The notes beneath the pieces are model-generated. The model was given only the letters and a program-made list of their open reading frames with translations, had not been told where the DNA came from and did no database searches. A program made the translations under genes and the position numbers. A stretch of 64,000 bases of DNA from a virus (Duplodnaviria; Caudoviricetes), in IMG/VR virus record IMGVR_UViG_3300031555_001542, positions 46,014-110,013 of that record; one strand, given 5' to 3'. Below are positions 19,593 through 29,230 of this stretch, piece after piece. How positions within the stretch are numbered: position 1 is the stretch's first letter; every line of letters starts with the position of its first letter.

Positions 19593-20875
19593 TGGCAAAT
19601 TTTATAAATACTGTTGATGCACTTGGTGATAATGTAGTTGCTGATAGTATTATTAATCGTAGCATTGTTGAGTGTAAAGATAATATTGTTTCATTTATAG
19701 GCGATGATGCATTCTATGGTTGTTATGAATTGACAACCATAGATTTTCCTGCCGTTACTAATATAGGAAATAGTGCATTTAAGTATTGTGCATCATTAGT
19801 TACAACCATTTTAAGAAACGAGAGTATGGTGTCTTTAGCTCATAAGAGTGTGTTTGACAATTGTTATCATATTCAAGGTATCACAAACTCAACATATAAT
19901 ACAACTGGTGCAAAAAATGGTTATTTTTATGTGCCATCTGTTCTGTATGATTCTTACATAGCAGATAGTGTATGGTCTACTTTCGCAAGTCAGTTTCGTA
20001 AGTTAGAGGAGTGGACTGTGGATGGCACTACTACTGGAGAACTAGATCTCGTGAACAGACATATGGTTAGATTCTTTAACAGTGATGGTACTCTATTGGG
20101 CTATCAGATTGTTGCAACAGGAGAGGATGCAAGTTACGACGGTACACCTGTTTGTCCTGATAATTCTTCTGCTCCATTTGTTGGATTTAAACCTCAGCCA
20201 ATTAGCGTGACTGCCGATGTGGATTGTTATGCACAATACATATCGTTTGCAACTGCAACATGGGCGGAGATTGCGGCATTGTCCGAAAGAGGTGAGGCGG
20301 CAAACATTTTTGCTATTGGTGATACAAAAACCGTAGAAATGCTTGATGGCGGCAGTATCACTTTTGAAATTGTCGGATTTGACCATGATGATTTGGCAGA
20401 TGGAACTGGCAAAGCTGGTATCTCTATTTTGGCAAAAGATGTTCGAAGTTCTGACAGTCACTACGATAGTGCAAAGGCAATCTGGCCAAATGGAACGTTA
20501 CGAACACAGGCACGTGGATATAGTGAGAAACTTCCAGCCGATTTAGTTTCTGTGATTAAGCCAGTTCTAAAGAAAACTTGCATAGGTACGCCAGACACAC
20601 ATACCACATCAACGTATACAGAAACAATTTGGCTGCCATCTGTGGGCGAGTATTGCATATCTAGTAATAATACTGATGGTCCTACTTATGAACGTTTCAA
20701 AGTCCAATTAGATAACGTTAGAACTTGCAGTGGTAGTGCCGTTAAAGCATTCGTTCGCAGCACCGACGGGTTTTGTAATGGTTACAGATATAACGCTATC
20801 GATACAGAAGGAAACGAGATAATTTACTCTGGAGGCTATTATACAGCATACATTACAATTGGTTTCTGCGTCTAA
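19592..20875 (+). CDS. Adhesin: BspA-like LRR, InlB-B-like repeat and C-terminal DUF6273/CLec-like domain
   Basis: TW.EI......G.A...F.IGD.K; IVGFDHDDL; IWLPS..E; terminal GFCV*. Confidence 0.7.
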   Translation: MANFINTVDALGDNVVADSIINRSIVECKDNIVSFIGDDAFYGCYELTTIDFPAVTNIGNSAFKYCASLVTTILRNESMVSLAHKSVFDNCYHIQGITNSTYNTTGAKNGYFYVPSVLYDSYIADSVWSTFASQFRKLEEWTVDGTTTGELDLVNRHMVRFFNSDGTLLGYQIVATGEDASYDGTPVCPDNSSAPFVGFKPQPISVTADVDCYAQYISFATATWAEIAALSERGEAANIFAIGDTKTVEMLDGGSITFEIVGFDHDDLADGTGKAGISILAKDVRSSDSHYDSAKAIWPNGTLRTQARGYSEKLPADLVSVIKPVLKKTCIGTPDTHTTSTYTETIWLPSVGEYCISSNNTDGPTYERFKVQLDNVRTCSGSAVKAFVRSTDGFCNGYRYNAIDTEGNEIIYSGGYYTAYITIGFCV

Positions 20876-20883
20876 GTAACCAA

Positions 20884-20909
20884 AAGCACCATCCTCCGGG
20901 GTGGTGCTT
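20884..20909 (+). other. GC-rich hairpin immediately after the CLec-like gene
   Basis: AAGCACCATCC-TCCG-GGGTGGTGCTT; no T tract on the + strand. Confidence 0.65.
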
Positions 20910-20941
20910 ACCTATAACAAATATATAGTGGGGTGATAAAA

Positions 20942-21322
20942 ATGAATATTGTACAAGCACTGCAAAAAGTTAAAAATGACTTGTTAGTTTTTATTACTAC
21001 CAATTTAAACAATAAGTCAGACGTAGGTCATACTCACGATGAATATGCAAGTTCATCTCACGATCATGTTTTGGCAACTACATCTGCGCCAGGATTTATG
21101 GATGTATCCGATAAAGTTATGTTAGAGAATTTATCTACACTAGTTGGAGATACTTCAGTTTCGGAGCAGATTAATAACGCAGTTGATCAAATAAACATTC
21201 CAACACTTGCCGAGCACTTGACGGAAGAAGAGATGATACTATCGTCACTACAGTATGGAAATGAATTCCCATCTGTAGGAATTCAAGGAAAAATCTTTTT
21301 TAAGAAGGCAGGAACTTCTTAA
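20942..21322 (+). CDS. Small fibre-module protein
   Basis: HTH/HDH motifs, LVGDTSVSEQI, C-terminal LSSLQYG..GKIFFKK. Confidence 0.65.
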   Translation: MNIVQALQKVKNDLLVFITTNLNNKSDVGHTHDEYASSSHDHVLATTSAPGFMDVSDKVMLENLSTLVGDTSVSEQINNAVDQINIPTLAEHLTEEEMILSSLQYGNEFPSVGIQGKIFFKKAGTS

Positions 21323-21350
21323 TATAAATACTTAAAAAGGAGGCAAAGAG

Positions 21351-21770
21351 ATGGCAGAAATTCTTGTAACTGCAATAAGAACAGAAAAAGGAGATCAGCG
21401 AATTGACTATAATGCCTTAGCTAATTTGCCTGAATTTGATGCCACGCTGTCTAGCTCAGGAAAGATTGCTGACGCTAAGGCAGTTGGTGATAAGATAAAC
21501 GAAACGATAAAAAATATTAATACAAAAATTGAAGAGCATAAATATTCTGCGGAAGATGTTACTAGTGGTATTTTTAGCACTGATAGAATTCCAGTTATTC
21601 CTATGAGTAAAGGTGGTACTGAGGCAACATCTGGTAGTGATGGCTTGAAAAATTTACTAGCGGCTGGTCCAATGGTTTTATCTTCTAATCAATATGGTGT
21701 AGCAGATAAGTTACCTGCTTCGGCAATAATAGGACAAATATTTTTTGTGAAAGCTGAGGTGGGTAAATAA
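21351..21770 (+). CDS. Small fibre-module protein
   Basis: D.TL..SGK.ADAKAVGD; C-terminal LSSNQYG..GQIFFVK; RBS AAGGAGG. Confidence 0.65.
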   Translation: MAEILVTAIRTEKGDQRIDYNALANLPEFDATLSSSGKIADAKAVGDKINETIKNINTKIEEHKYSAEDVTSGIFSTDRIPVIPMSKGGTEATSGSDGLKNLLAAGPMVLSSNQYGVADKLPASAIIGQIFFVKAEVGK

Positions 21771-23161
21771 TGGCGAGTACACATAGTTGGAGTAATAGCA
21801 GCAATACAACATCTTATATAAATGGAGAATCATACAGTAGAATAGGTGCTGGCATAGCAACTGGCGGTGAAAGAATAGTTCAAAAGCTTTGGTTTACAAC
21901 TGGCGATACTGGCGGAACAAGTTTTAATTTTACATATTATCCTTATATGTATTGGCTGGAAGGCAGTGGTGTTTATTTTGAAGATGCTGGCACTTTAAGT
22001 TATAAAATAGTTCCTAAAAGCGAAGAAACAAAATATTATAATATTACAAGTGGCGGCACCGTAATGTCTAGAAGTAGTGGTAGTACTGTTCATACTGTAA
22101 CAAATCAGTCTTATGTATTTCTTCCAAATACTGAATATTGTATATTTCTTTACGGCACCTCCAAAGGCTTCTATTTATATTCCTATGGTAGCTCTTTTGG
22201 TTCCGCAACCCTAACTATAAACGGCAATTCAGTATATAATCTTACTACAAATGCAACTAATTCAACTATTAAAGTTACTTGTACGGAATCTCCACTTGGA
22301 AAAACCGCAACAGATGGTACTGTTCTTAATAATAACACAACTATTTATCACGGTGATAAGTTAAAGATAACTTTTGAACCAGATACTGGGTATAATATTG
22401 ACACTCATACAGTTAATGACTCATCTTTTACTTCTGGTAATACACATACTGTATCCAGCGACGTAACAGTTAAGTCTACTGCTTCTGTGAAATATTATAA
22501 GCTTACAGTAACTGAAGGAAAAGGCTCAGATATTACTATTACTTGCACAAGCTCACCTCTTGGTGGAGTAACAACACCAAAAGATTTGAGTAGTGGCGGT
22601 ACTATTTATTACAACGATGTACTGACAATATCTTTTAAGCCAATTGAAGGGTATAATCTTGCTACCCATACAGTTAACGGTTCACCTTGGACTTCTGGAG
22701 TAGCATATACGGTTTCAGATAGTAATGCCAAAAATGTAACCGTTGCATCGACGGCAACTGTTAAATCTTATACACTTACGGTAAGTAAAGGAGAAGGTTC
22801 TTCTATTACTATAACTAGAACAAACTCTCCACTTAAGAGCGCTACGGAAACAAACCTAAGCGGCGGTGGAACTATTTATCATGGTGATGTGTTGCAAATA
22901 ACCACTTCGGCAGACATAATACATGAAATATTGAATCAGACTATAACAACGTCGAGTGGAACCGCTTCTTTCACATCTGGCGATTCTCATGCCGTTAAAA
23001 GTGATGTTACCGTAGCTACAACTACAAGGATTTTAGGTATCGCTCATATTAGTAACGGCACAGAATTTGAAACATACTTAGTTTATATTTACGATGATGA
23101 TGGATGGTCTCAATACATACCTTATATTTATGATGGTACAAATTGGGTTGTCTGTAATTAG
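21770..23161 (+). CDS. Thr/Ser-rich fibre/adhesin with three ~90-aa beta repeats
   Basis: Y.LTV..G.GS.IT.T...SPL...GGTIY.GDVL.I present three times. Confidence 0.7.
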   Translation: MASTHSWSNSSNTTSYINGESYSRIGAGIATGGERIVQKLWFTTGDTGGTSFNFTYYPYMYWLEGSGVYFEDAGTLSYKIVPKSEETKYYNITSGGTVMSRSSGSTVHTVTNQSYVFLPNTEYCIFLYGTSKGFYLYSYGSSFGSATLTINGNSVYNLTTNATNSTIKVTCTESPLGKTATDGTVLNNNTTIYHGDKLKITFEPDTGYNIDTHTVNDSSFTSGNTHTVSSDVTVKSTASVKYYKLTVTEGKGSDITITCTSSPLGGVTTPKDLSSGGTIYYNDVLTISFKPIEGYNLATHTVNGSPWTSGVAYTVSDSNAKNVTVASTATVKSYTLTVSKGEGSSITITRTNSPLKSATETNLSGGGTIYHGDVLQITTSADIIHEILNQTITTSSGTASFTSGDSHAVKSDVTVATTTRILGIAHISNGTEFETYLVYIYDDDGWSQYIPYIYDGTNWVVCN

Positions 23162-23172
23162 GGGGTGAAAAG

Positions 23173-23880
23173 ATGCCTCAAAACATATTCAAAATTTATG
23201 ATGGACGTACAAACTTCTGGCAGTGGGACACCAAGCAAAAGTTAATTGTTTTGGATGATCGTATTACCGAGGTACGTTTTTCTAATAGGAACATGGAACA
23301 TTCTAAGAGAAGACCTGTTTATACTGATAATAATGGTGTTAGAATTTGTAATGTTCCAGATTTATTATTGCAACTTCCAAAGAATTTAGTTGCTTATGCT
23401 TGTATGAAAAATGATGATGGTTCATGTAGTACTGTTAAAGCAGTTAAGTTTGCTGTCAATAGACAACCAATTCCTGCCGACTATATTTGTGAACAAGAGT
23501 CTGTTGTTGAAGATATCCTTATGAGACTCGAACTACTTGAGACTTTACTTAAGGATGTTGAAACTGGTGCCAAAGAAATGAAGAAATTTGAAAACATCGT
23601 TGATGCGGCAAAATGGGCCATGAAAGATGGCAAACCCGGTGATATTGTTGTTGTTAAGCTAGATATTGGTTGGGTTCCACATGTTGTTGAAGATAACAAG
23701 AGTCTAAAAGCCATTTGCAATTGTGACGGTGAAGAAGTTGTTCTTCATTTTGATGGTGAGGATGCTGATGGCATTGATGCCACCGAAGATGAAACTATTA
23801 TTTACTTTAATGGTAATTATGTGGATGACAAAGATAGCGTTGTTCAGTATTTCGATGGCGGTTCAGCTTTTGGTATTTAA
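23173..23880 (+). CDS. BppU-like baseplate/fibre anchor protein
   Basis: FWQWD...V.FSN..VP..LLQ N-terminal domain; C-terminal FDGGSA. Confidence 0.55.
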   Translation: MPQNIFKIYDGRTNFWQWDTKQKLIVLDDRITEVRFSNRNMEHSKRRPVYTDNNGVRICNVPDLLLQLPKNLVAYACMKNDDGSCSTVKAVKFAVNRQPIPADYICEQESVVEDILMRLELLETLLKDVETGAKEMKKFENIVDAAKWAMKDGKPGDIVVVKLDIGWVPHVVEDNKSLKAICNCDGEEVVLHFDGEDADGIDATEDETIIYFNGNYVDDKDSVVQYFDGGSAFGI

Positions 23881-23893
23881 CTGAGGTGGGCGT

Positions 23894-24253
23894 ATGGCAG
23901 AAGTAAGTCAAGTTAAAAAAATTATTTTTCAATTAAGAAGAGCGACTACAGAAGAGTGGAAAGCAAATGAAAATGTGATTCCACATGAGGGTGAGCCTTG
24001 CTATGACTTGGATCTTTGTACTTTAAAGATTGGTGATGGCAAGACACCTTACAAAGACCTTAAGGGAATTGGTGCAACATCAATTTCAGATGATGGTCTT
24101 TTTTTAATTGTAGAAAACTTGCAATCAGATGTTGATGAACTTCAAGAACTAGTTGATGGCACTTCTATTGATGCAAAAATTGACGATGCACTTGATGACG
24201 TTATAGACGAATCTGAATTGCAAGATATTCTAAATTCAATATTAAATAATTAA
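23894..24253 (+). CDS. Fibre protein with Mtd-N/hyaluronidase-N-like domain
   Basis: QLRR.T..EW..GEP...LKIGDGKTPY.DL. Confidence 0.7.
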   Translation: MAEVSQVKKIIFQLRRATTEEWKANENVIPHEGEPCYDLDLCTLKIGDGKTPYKDLKGIGATSISDDGLFLIVENLQSDVDELQELVDGTSIDAKIDDALDDVIDESELQDILNSILNN

Positions 24254-24268
24254 ATAGGAGGTGGCAAA

Positions 24269-25261
24269 ATGGCGGTTGTTAAAACGATTAAGACGGTTTT
24301 TCAATTTCGTAGAGGAACTACTGCAGAATGGGAACTAAATAAAGGTATTATTCCCGCTGCTGGTGAACCTTGTTTCGACTTGGATTTAAACACGTTAAGA
24401 ATCGGCAATGGCACTGATGCCTACGAAAACCTAGAACCTATTGGTGGCGTAAAATTTGAAATTGCTGCGGATGGCAAATCTATTGTCTTAGAGGACAATG
24501 TTCTAAAACTAGCTGGCTTTGATGCTGCAGAAGTTGGTGCGCAACCAAGAAAGAACGCAGATGGCAATATTGAGTGGATTGTTCCTTCTACTGAAACTGT
24601 TGATGAACTAAAGTCTACTGTTACAGAACTACAATCTAATGTTAGTGGTCTACAGACAGAGGTTTCTGGTCTAAAGGCGATTGTTGGTGCGGCTGATGAG
24701 GGCACTGGTACTTTGTTAGAAAGAATTGAGTCACTAGAAATCAAGATTGGTACTGGTGATGACACTATCGATGCAAAGATTGACGCCAAGATTAATGAAT
24801 TTGCTTCAAGAGTGACTGCTGATGGCACTATTAACACCATTCAGGAATTAATTACTTATGTTGCAGACCATGGAAGTGTAGTAACATCAATAGTTGACGA
24901 CATTACTGCACTAAAGGGTCTTGTTGGTGATACTAAAGTTTCTGATCAAATCAACAATGCTGTTGCAAGTAAAGTTAATGTAGAAACTGGCAAGTCTTTA
25001 ATTGCCGACACTCTAATTGCAAAATTAGAAGCAATTGAGGAAGGTGCCCAGGTCAATAAGATTGAAGTTATTAATCTTGGAAACACCACACTAGAGATTG
25101 TCGACAAGACGGTTACTATTCCGATTGGGGCAGGTCTAAAGTTCTCTGATGAAATCTCTGTGTCCGAAGATGGCACCGTTGGTATTGGAACTATTAGCTT
25201 TAGCAAGATTGCACAAGACGAAACTGAAATTATTGTTATGGACGGCGGTTCCGCTGTTTAA
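24269..25261 (+). CDS. Fibre protein with Mtd-N-like domain and coiled coil
   Basis: QFRRGTTAEW..GEP..LRIGNG; C-terminal MDGGSAV. Confidence 0.7.
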   Translation: MAVVKTIKTVFQFRRGTTAEWELNKGIIPAAGEPCFDLDLNTLRIGNGTDAYENLEPIGGVKFEIAADGKSIVLEDNVLKLAGFDAAEVGAQPRKNADGNIEWIVPSTETVDELKSTVTELQSNVSGLQTEVSGLKAIVGAADEGTGTLLERIESLEIKIGTGDDTIDAKIDAKINEFASRVTADGTINTIQELITYVADHGSVVTSIVDDITALKGLVGDTKVSDQINNAVASKVNVETGKSLIADTLIAKLEAIEEGAQVNKIEVINLGNTTLEIVDKTVTIPIGAGLKFSDEISVSEDGTVGIGTISFSKIAQDETEIIVMDGGSAV

Positions 25262-25263
25262 TA

Positions 25264-25280
25264 TGCAGTACAAAATTAAT
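25264..25280 (+). promoter_or_regulatory. Conserved motif, copy 3 (TGCAGTACAAAATTAAT)
   Basis: Intergenic, upstream of the highly biased fibre gene. Confidence 0.55.
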
Positions 25281-25315
25281 ATTAAAAACTTTTATATTTA
25301 AAGGAGAAATTAATT

Positions 25316-27382
25316 ATGGCTATTGAAAATGCAAAGACTCTAAATGTAAGAATTCGTAATAAGTATGACTCTTATGAAAATTGGGCTGCGTCTAGTTTAG
25401 TTCTAGAGGCAGGCGAAATTGCTATCGCATACACCACTGTTGATGTTAAGGTTGACAATGGTACAGCTCAGCATCCTGCCCTACTAATGAAGGTCGGTGA
25501 TGGCGAGAAAACTTTTGCAAACTTACCCTGGCTAAGCGCAAAGGCTGCAGATGTTGTTGCTGCATGTAAGTCTGAGGCTGCTCTAACTGCTTTCGTCAAT
25601 GCAGTTATTGCTGACGCTGGTATTGCTTCTGATGATGCTATGGAAGCACTAGCAGGTAGAGTTACTTCCGTTGAGAACGACCTAAATACTGCAACTACTG
25701 GCCTAAAGGCAAGAGTCACTACTGCTGAGGCTGCTATTGCTACTCTAAACGGTCTAGTTGGCGACACTAAGGTTGCTGATCAGATTACTAATGCCATTAA
25801 TGCTCTAAACCTAGCCGACACCTATGCTGCTAAGGTTCACAAGCACGAGATTGCTGATGTTAACGGTCTAAGCGATAGCATTGCTGCAGCTAAGAAAGCT
25901 GGCGATGATGCTGCTTCTGCTCTAGCTACTTACAAGACAACTAATGACGCCGCTGTTAAGGTTAACTCTGATGCAATCACTGCAATTAAGGACGGCGCTA
26001 CTATCGACAGCTTTGCTGATGTTGAAGCTGCTCTAGCTGGTAAGCAGGGTACTGGCGATTACTCTGTGAATGGTCACAAGCACGAGATTGCTGACGTAAA
26101 TGGCCTATCTGACGCCATCGCTGATGCAAAGAAGGCTGGCACCGATGCTGCTGCTGCTGCTGGACAGGCTCTAATTGACGCCAAGGCTTATGCTGATGGA
26201 CTAGTAGGCGATAAGACTGTTGGTGTTCAGATTACTGAGGCACTAGCTAATTATACCACTACTGATAGCATGAACTCTGCTATCGCTACCGCTAAGGGTG
26301 AGGCTATTTCTCATGCTGATGGTCTAAATACCGCTATGGATGCTCGTGTTAAGGTCGTTGAGGGCAAGGCACACACTCACACCTTCGTTGAGTCTGAGCT
26401 AAACCTAATTAAGACTGGCGACGTTGCTAAGTGGAATGCTGCTGAGCAGAACGCTAAGGATTATGCTGATGATCTAGATGAGGCTATGGATGTACGTATG
26501 CAGGCTGTTGAGGCTAAGCTTGGTGCTGGTGAAGGCGGTGTTGATGCTCAGATCAATGCTGCCGTTGCTGCCGAGGCTAAGCTACGTGACGATGCTGACA
26601 AGGCTCTACAGGCTCTAATTGAGGCTAATGATGCTGAGATTCTAGCTCTACAGGGTCTAGTTGGTGATGAGAATGTTGCTACTGCTATTGAGAATGCTGT
26701 TAAGGCTGAGAAAGAAAGAGCTATGGGTGTCGAAGGCGGTCTAGAGACTAGACTAGCTGCTGTTGAGGCAAACTATGCAACTGATGCAGATGTTGAGGGT
26801 TTACAGACTCAGATCAACACTATTATGAACAATCCTGATGCTGAGGGCGCTATTAACTCTATCAATGAGTTCACTCAGTATGTTAAGGACCATGGTACTA
26901 TTGCCGATGGTATGAGAACCGACATCAACAAGAATAAGGAAGATGTTGCTGGTCTAATCACTCGTATGGGCGCTGCCGAGACTGCTATTGGCACTAAGGC
27001 TGAACAGGCTGATCTAACTGCTCTAGCTGGTCGTGTTACTACTGTTGAAGGCGACCTAAACATTGAGACCACTGGTCTAAAGGCTAGAATGACTGCTGCT
27101 GAGGCTGACATTGATGCTCTAGAAACCAAGGTTGGTGACAAGACTGTTGCTGCTCAGATTGAAGCCGCCATTGAGGCTCTAAAGATTGGCGATTATGCCA
27201 AGGCTGCTGATCTAACTGCTGCTATCAATCAGCACAATACTGACAAGGCTGCTCTAGAAGCTGATATTGCTAAGAAGGCTAATGATGCTGATCTAGCTGC
27301 AATTGCTAAGTCTGGTTCTACTGACGATCTAGTTCAGGGTGCTATGACCCTAGTCTTTGACTGTGGCGGTGCATCCGTCTAA
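25316..27382 (+). CDS. Abundant Ala-rich coiled-coil fibre protein with Mtd-N-like domain
   Basis: KVGDG...FA.LPW; internal repeats (HKHEIADVNGLSD x2, RVT.VE.DLN..TTGLKAR x2); capsid-like codon bias. Confidence 0.75.
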   Translation: MAIENAKTLNVRIRNKYDSYENWAASSLVLEAGEIAIAYTTVDVKVDNGTAQHPALLMKVGDGEKTFANLPWLSAKAADVVAACKSEAALTAFVNAVIADAGIASDDAMEALAGRVTSVENDLNTATTGLKARVTTAEAAIATLNGLVGDTKVADQITNAINALNLADTYAAKVHKHEIADVNGLSDSIAAAKKAGDDAASALATYKTTNDAAVKVNSDAITAIKDGATIDSFADVEAALAGKQGTGDYSVNGHKHEIADVNGLSDAIADAKKAGTDAAAAAGQALIDAKAYADGLVGDKTVGVQITEALANYTTTDSMNSAIATAKGEAISHADGLNTAMDARVKVVEGKAHTHTFVESELNLIKTGDVAKWNAAEQNAKDYADDLDEAMDVRMQAVEAKLGAGEGGVDAQINAAVAAEAKLRDDADKALQALIEANDAEILALQGLVGDENVATAIENAVKAEKERAMGVEGGLETRLAAVEANYATDADVEGLQTQINTIMNNPDAEGAINSINEFTQYVKDHGTIADGMRTDINKNKEDVAGLITRMGAAETAIGTKAEQADLTALAGRVTTVEGDLNIETTGLKARMTAAEADIDALETKVGDKTVAAQIEAAIEALKIGDYAKAADLTAAINQHNTDKAALEADIAKKANDADLAAIAKSGSTDDLVQGAMTLVFDCGGASV

Positions 27383-27398
27383 TTATTAAATAGAAAAC

Positions 27399-27430
27399 GA
27401 GTGGGGCTGAAATGATGCCCCACTCTTTCT
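27399..27430 (+). terminator. Terminator-like hairpin
   Basis: GAGTGGGGC/GCCCCACTC followed by TTTCT. Confidence 0.55.
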
Positions 27431-27467
27431 CTAAAATCTGAAATGATGATTTGAAGGAGAAATAAAT

Positions 27468-28433
27468 ATGTCTGAAAAAAGAATTAATGGACGAATTGTG
27501 TTAAAACATGATGTTGAGTCCAATTGGAAACTTGCCATAGGATTTACTCCTATGACTGGCGAAATTATTATTTATGACGTAGATGAAAATTATTCATACG
27601 AGCGCCTAAAGATTGGCGATGGCGTTCATAATGTGAATGATTTACCGTTTGTTGATGATATTGTGGCACTTACAGGAACAGCAGAGAATCCTGTAATTTT
27701 AGCCGATCTAGAATATGGTATGTATTCTTTGGACGGTAGATTCAAGCATTTTGAATCCGATGAAAATCTTGGAACGTACAAGAAGGCAATGATATTTGTT
27801 CAGGAAGTCATTGTCAATATGAAAAATATTTTTGTTTTTACTGGTAGTGGGTTAGTTAATTTTACATTAAACATTAAGACCAATGCAGTGATTCAAAGAA
27901 ATTTTTTAAATGACGAATCAATTAATACCCTAAATATTGCTTCATTGACAACAGAAAACAAAACTATAACCGGAGCAATTAATGAATTAAAGACTAATAT
28001 GGGCACACAGTTCGAGCATGTGAATGGTCTTATAGGTGACAAATCTGTCTCTGAGCAAATTGCCGCTGCTAACATGATCCATGTTGGTCCAGATATGCCA
28101 ACAGATCCTAATATTAAAGTGTGGATTAATACTGCCGAAGAAGGTACTGGAATTGTCCCTGTGCTTCCTAGAGTGTCTACTATTAGTTTGGATGCAAGCG
28201 CTTGGGTTGGCAGTTCTGCGCCATATTCTCAGGTTGTAACTATCAATACCGTAACTTCTGCTACAAAAGTTGAGTTGAATCCAACTGTTGCTCAGATTGT
28301 GAGTTTACAGAGTGAGGATATTGCATTGACTGCAGAAAACAATAATGGCGTTATTACTGTGTATTCATTTGGAGGAAAACCTTCTACTGATATGACAATA
28401 CAAGTAACACTGATGGAGGTGTCTTACGTATGA
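27468..28433 (+). CDS. Fibre protein with Mtd-N-like domain
   Basis: KHD...W..GEIIIYD..LKIGDG...NDLPF; LTTENKTI.GAINEL motif. Confidence 0.7.
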   Translation: MSEKRINGRIVLKHDVESNWKLAIGFTPMTGEIIIYDVDENYSYERLKIGDGVHNVNDLPFVDDIVALTGTAENPVILADLEYGMYSLDGRFKHFESDENLGTYKKAMIFVQEVIVNMKNIFVFTGSGLVNFTLNIKTNAVIQRNFLNDESINTLNIASLTTENKTITGAINELKTNMGTQFEHVNGLIGDKSVSEQIAAANMIHVGPDMPTDPNIKVWINTAEEGTGIVPVLPRVSTISLDASAWVGSSAPYSQVVTINTVTSATKVELNPTVAQIVSLQSEDIALTAENNNGVITVYSFGGKPSTDMTIQVTLMEVSYV

Positions 28434-28939
28434 GTATCTCTGGAAATTTAGTTGGTTCTTATAGCTCTTTGGGTAAGACTTTTATTCTTGTGGATGAAAA
28501 AGGCAATGAGATTACTGGTGTCTGCGTGGACAATCCTGTAGTGTTTACTGCGGGAGATAATGACGTTAGAGAAGGCATGGTTTATGCTGGTGATGGCGGT
28601 GTAAGAACCGGAACAAAGGATATTCCGATTTATAGAACTCATGCAGGAATATATATGATTATGCCAGGAGAAGATTTTTCTATTAAACTTCCCAATTATG
28701 AACAGTACGATTATACAGTATTTCAGTGTATGATTACTTTAATGGACTCTACCAATGTATATAATAGTGTTAATACAAGTATGGTTGTATTAAATGACGG
28801 TGTTTATGAAGTGAGTTCTACGAATAAATTAGCAGATATCTCAAAAAATATTGCAACGCAATGTATTGATTTTAATATAAGAAATGATAGTAATGATTGT
28901 TATATAGTTCATTACTTTACATATCGTGAGGAGGAATAA
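28430..28939 (+). CDS. Fibre-module protein
   Basis: TA..NDVREG.....G..TGTK motif; coupled start. Confidence 0.6.
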   Translation: MSISGNLVGSYSSLGKTFILVDEKGNEITGVCVDNPVVFTAGDNDVREGMVYAGDGGVRTGTKDIPIYRTHAGIYMIMPGEDFSIKLPNYEQYDYTVFQCMITLMDSTNVYNSVNTSMVVLNDGVYEVSSTNKLADISKNIATQCIDFNIRNDSNDCYIVHYFTYREEE

Positions 28940-28941
28940 TT

Positions 28942-29181
28942 ATGGCAACAAATTATGCGTATTATTACGCTCGACTTGATTTAAACACTGGCATGTGTCG
29001 TGGTTTAGATGACACTTCTAATTATATTTTAGATCCTGGGTATGTTCCAATTGAAACTTATGACTGGAACTATTTAATGAAATATTATTATCCAATTCCT
29101 GAAACGGTAGAATCTTTCGATGATTTCCAAGGACAATGGTACAGCGATGCTGCCCACACAATTCCTTGGAGCCCCGCTTAA
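28942..29181 (+). CDS. Small fibre-associated protein, possible chaperone
   Basis: RBS GAGGAGG; aromatic-rich 79 aa. Confidence 0.55.
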   Translation: MATNYAYYYARLDLNTGMCRGLDDTSNYILDPGYVPIETYDWNYLMKYYYPIPETVESFDDFQGQWYSDAAHTIPWSPA

Positions 29182-29197
29182 ACAATGCAAAATTAAA
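29181..29197 (+). promoter_or_regulatory. Conserved motif, copy 4 (AACAATGCAAAATTAAA)
   Basis: Two mismatches to consensus; intergenic. Confidence 0.5.
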
Positions 29198-29230
29198 ACA
29201 AAAAACAAAAGATAAAAGGAGGTTGCTTAC

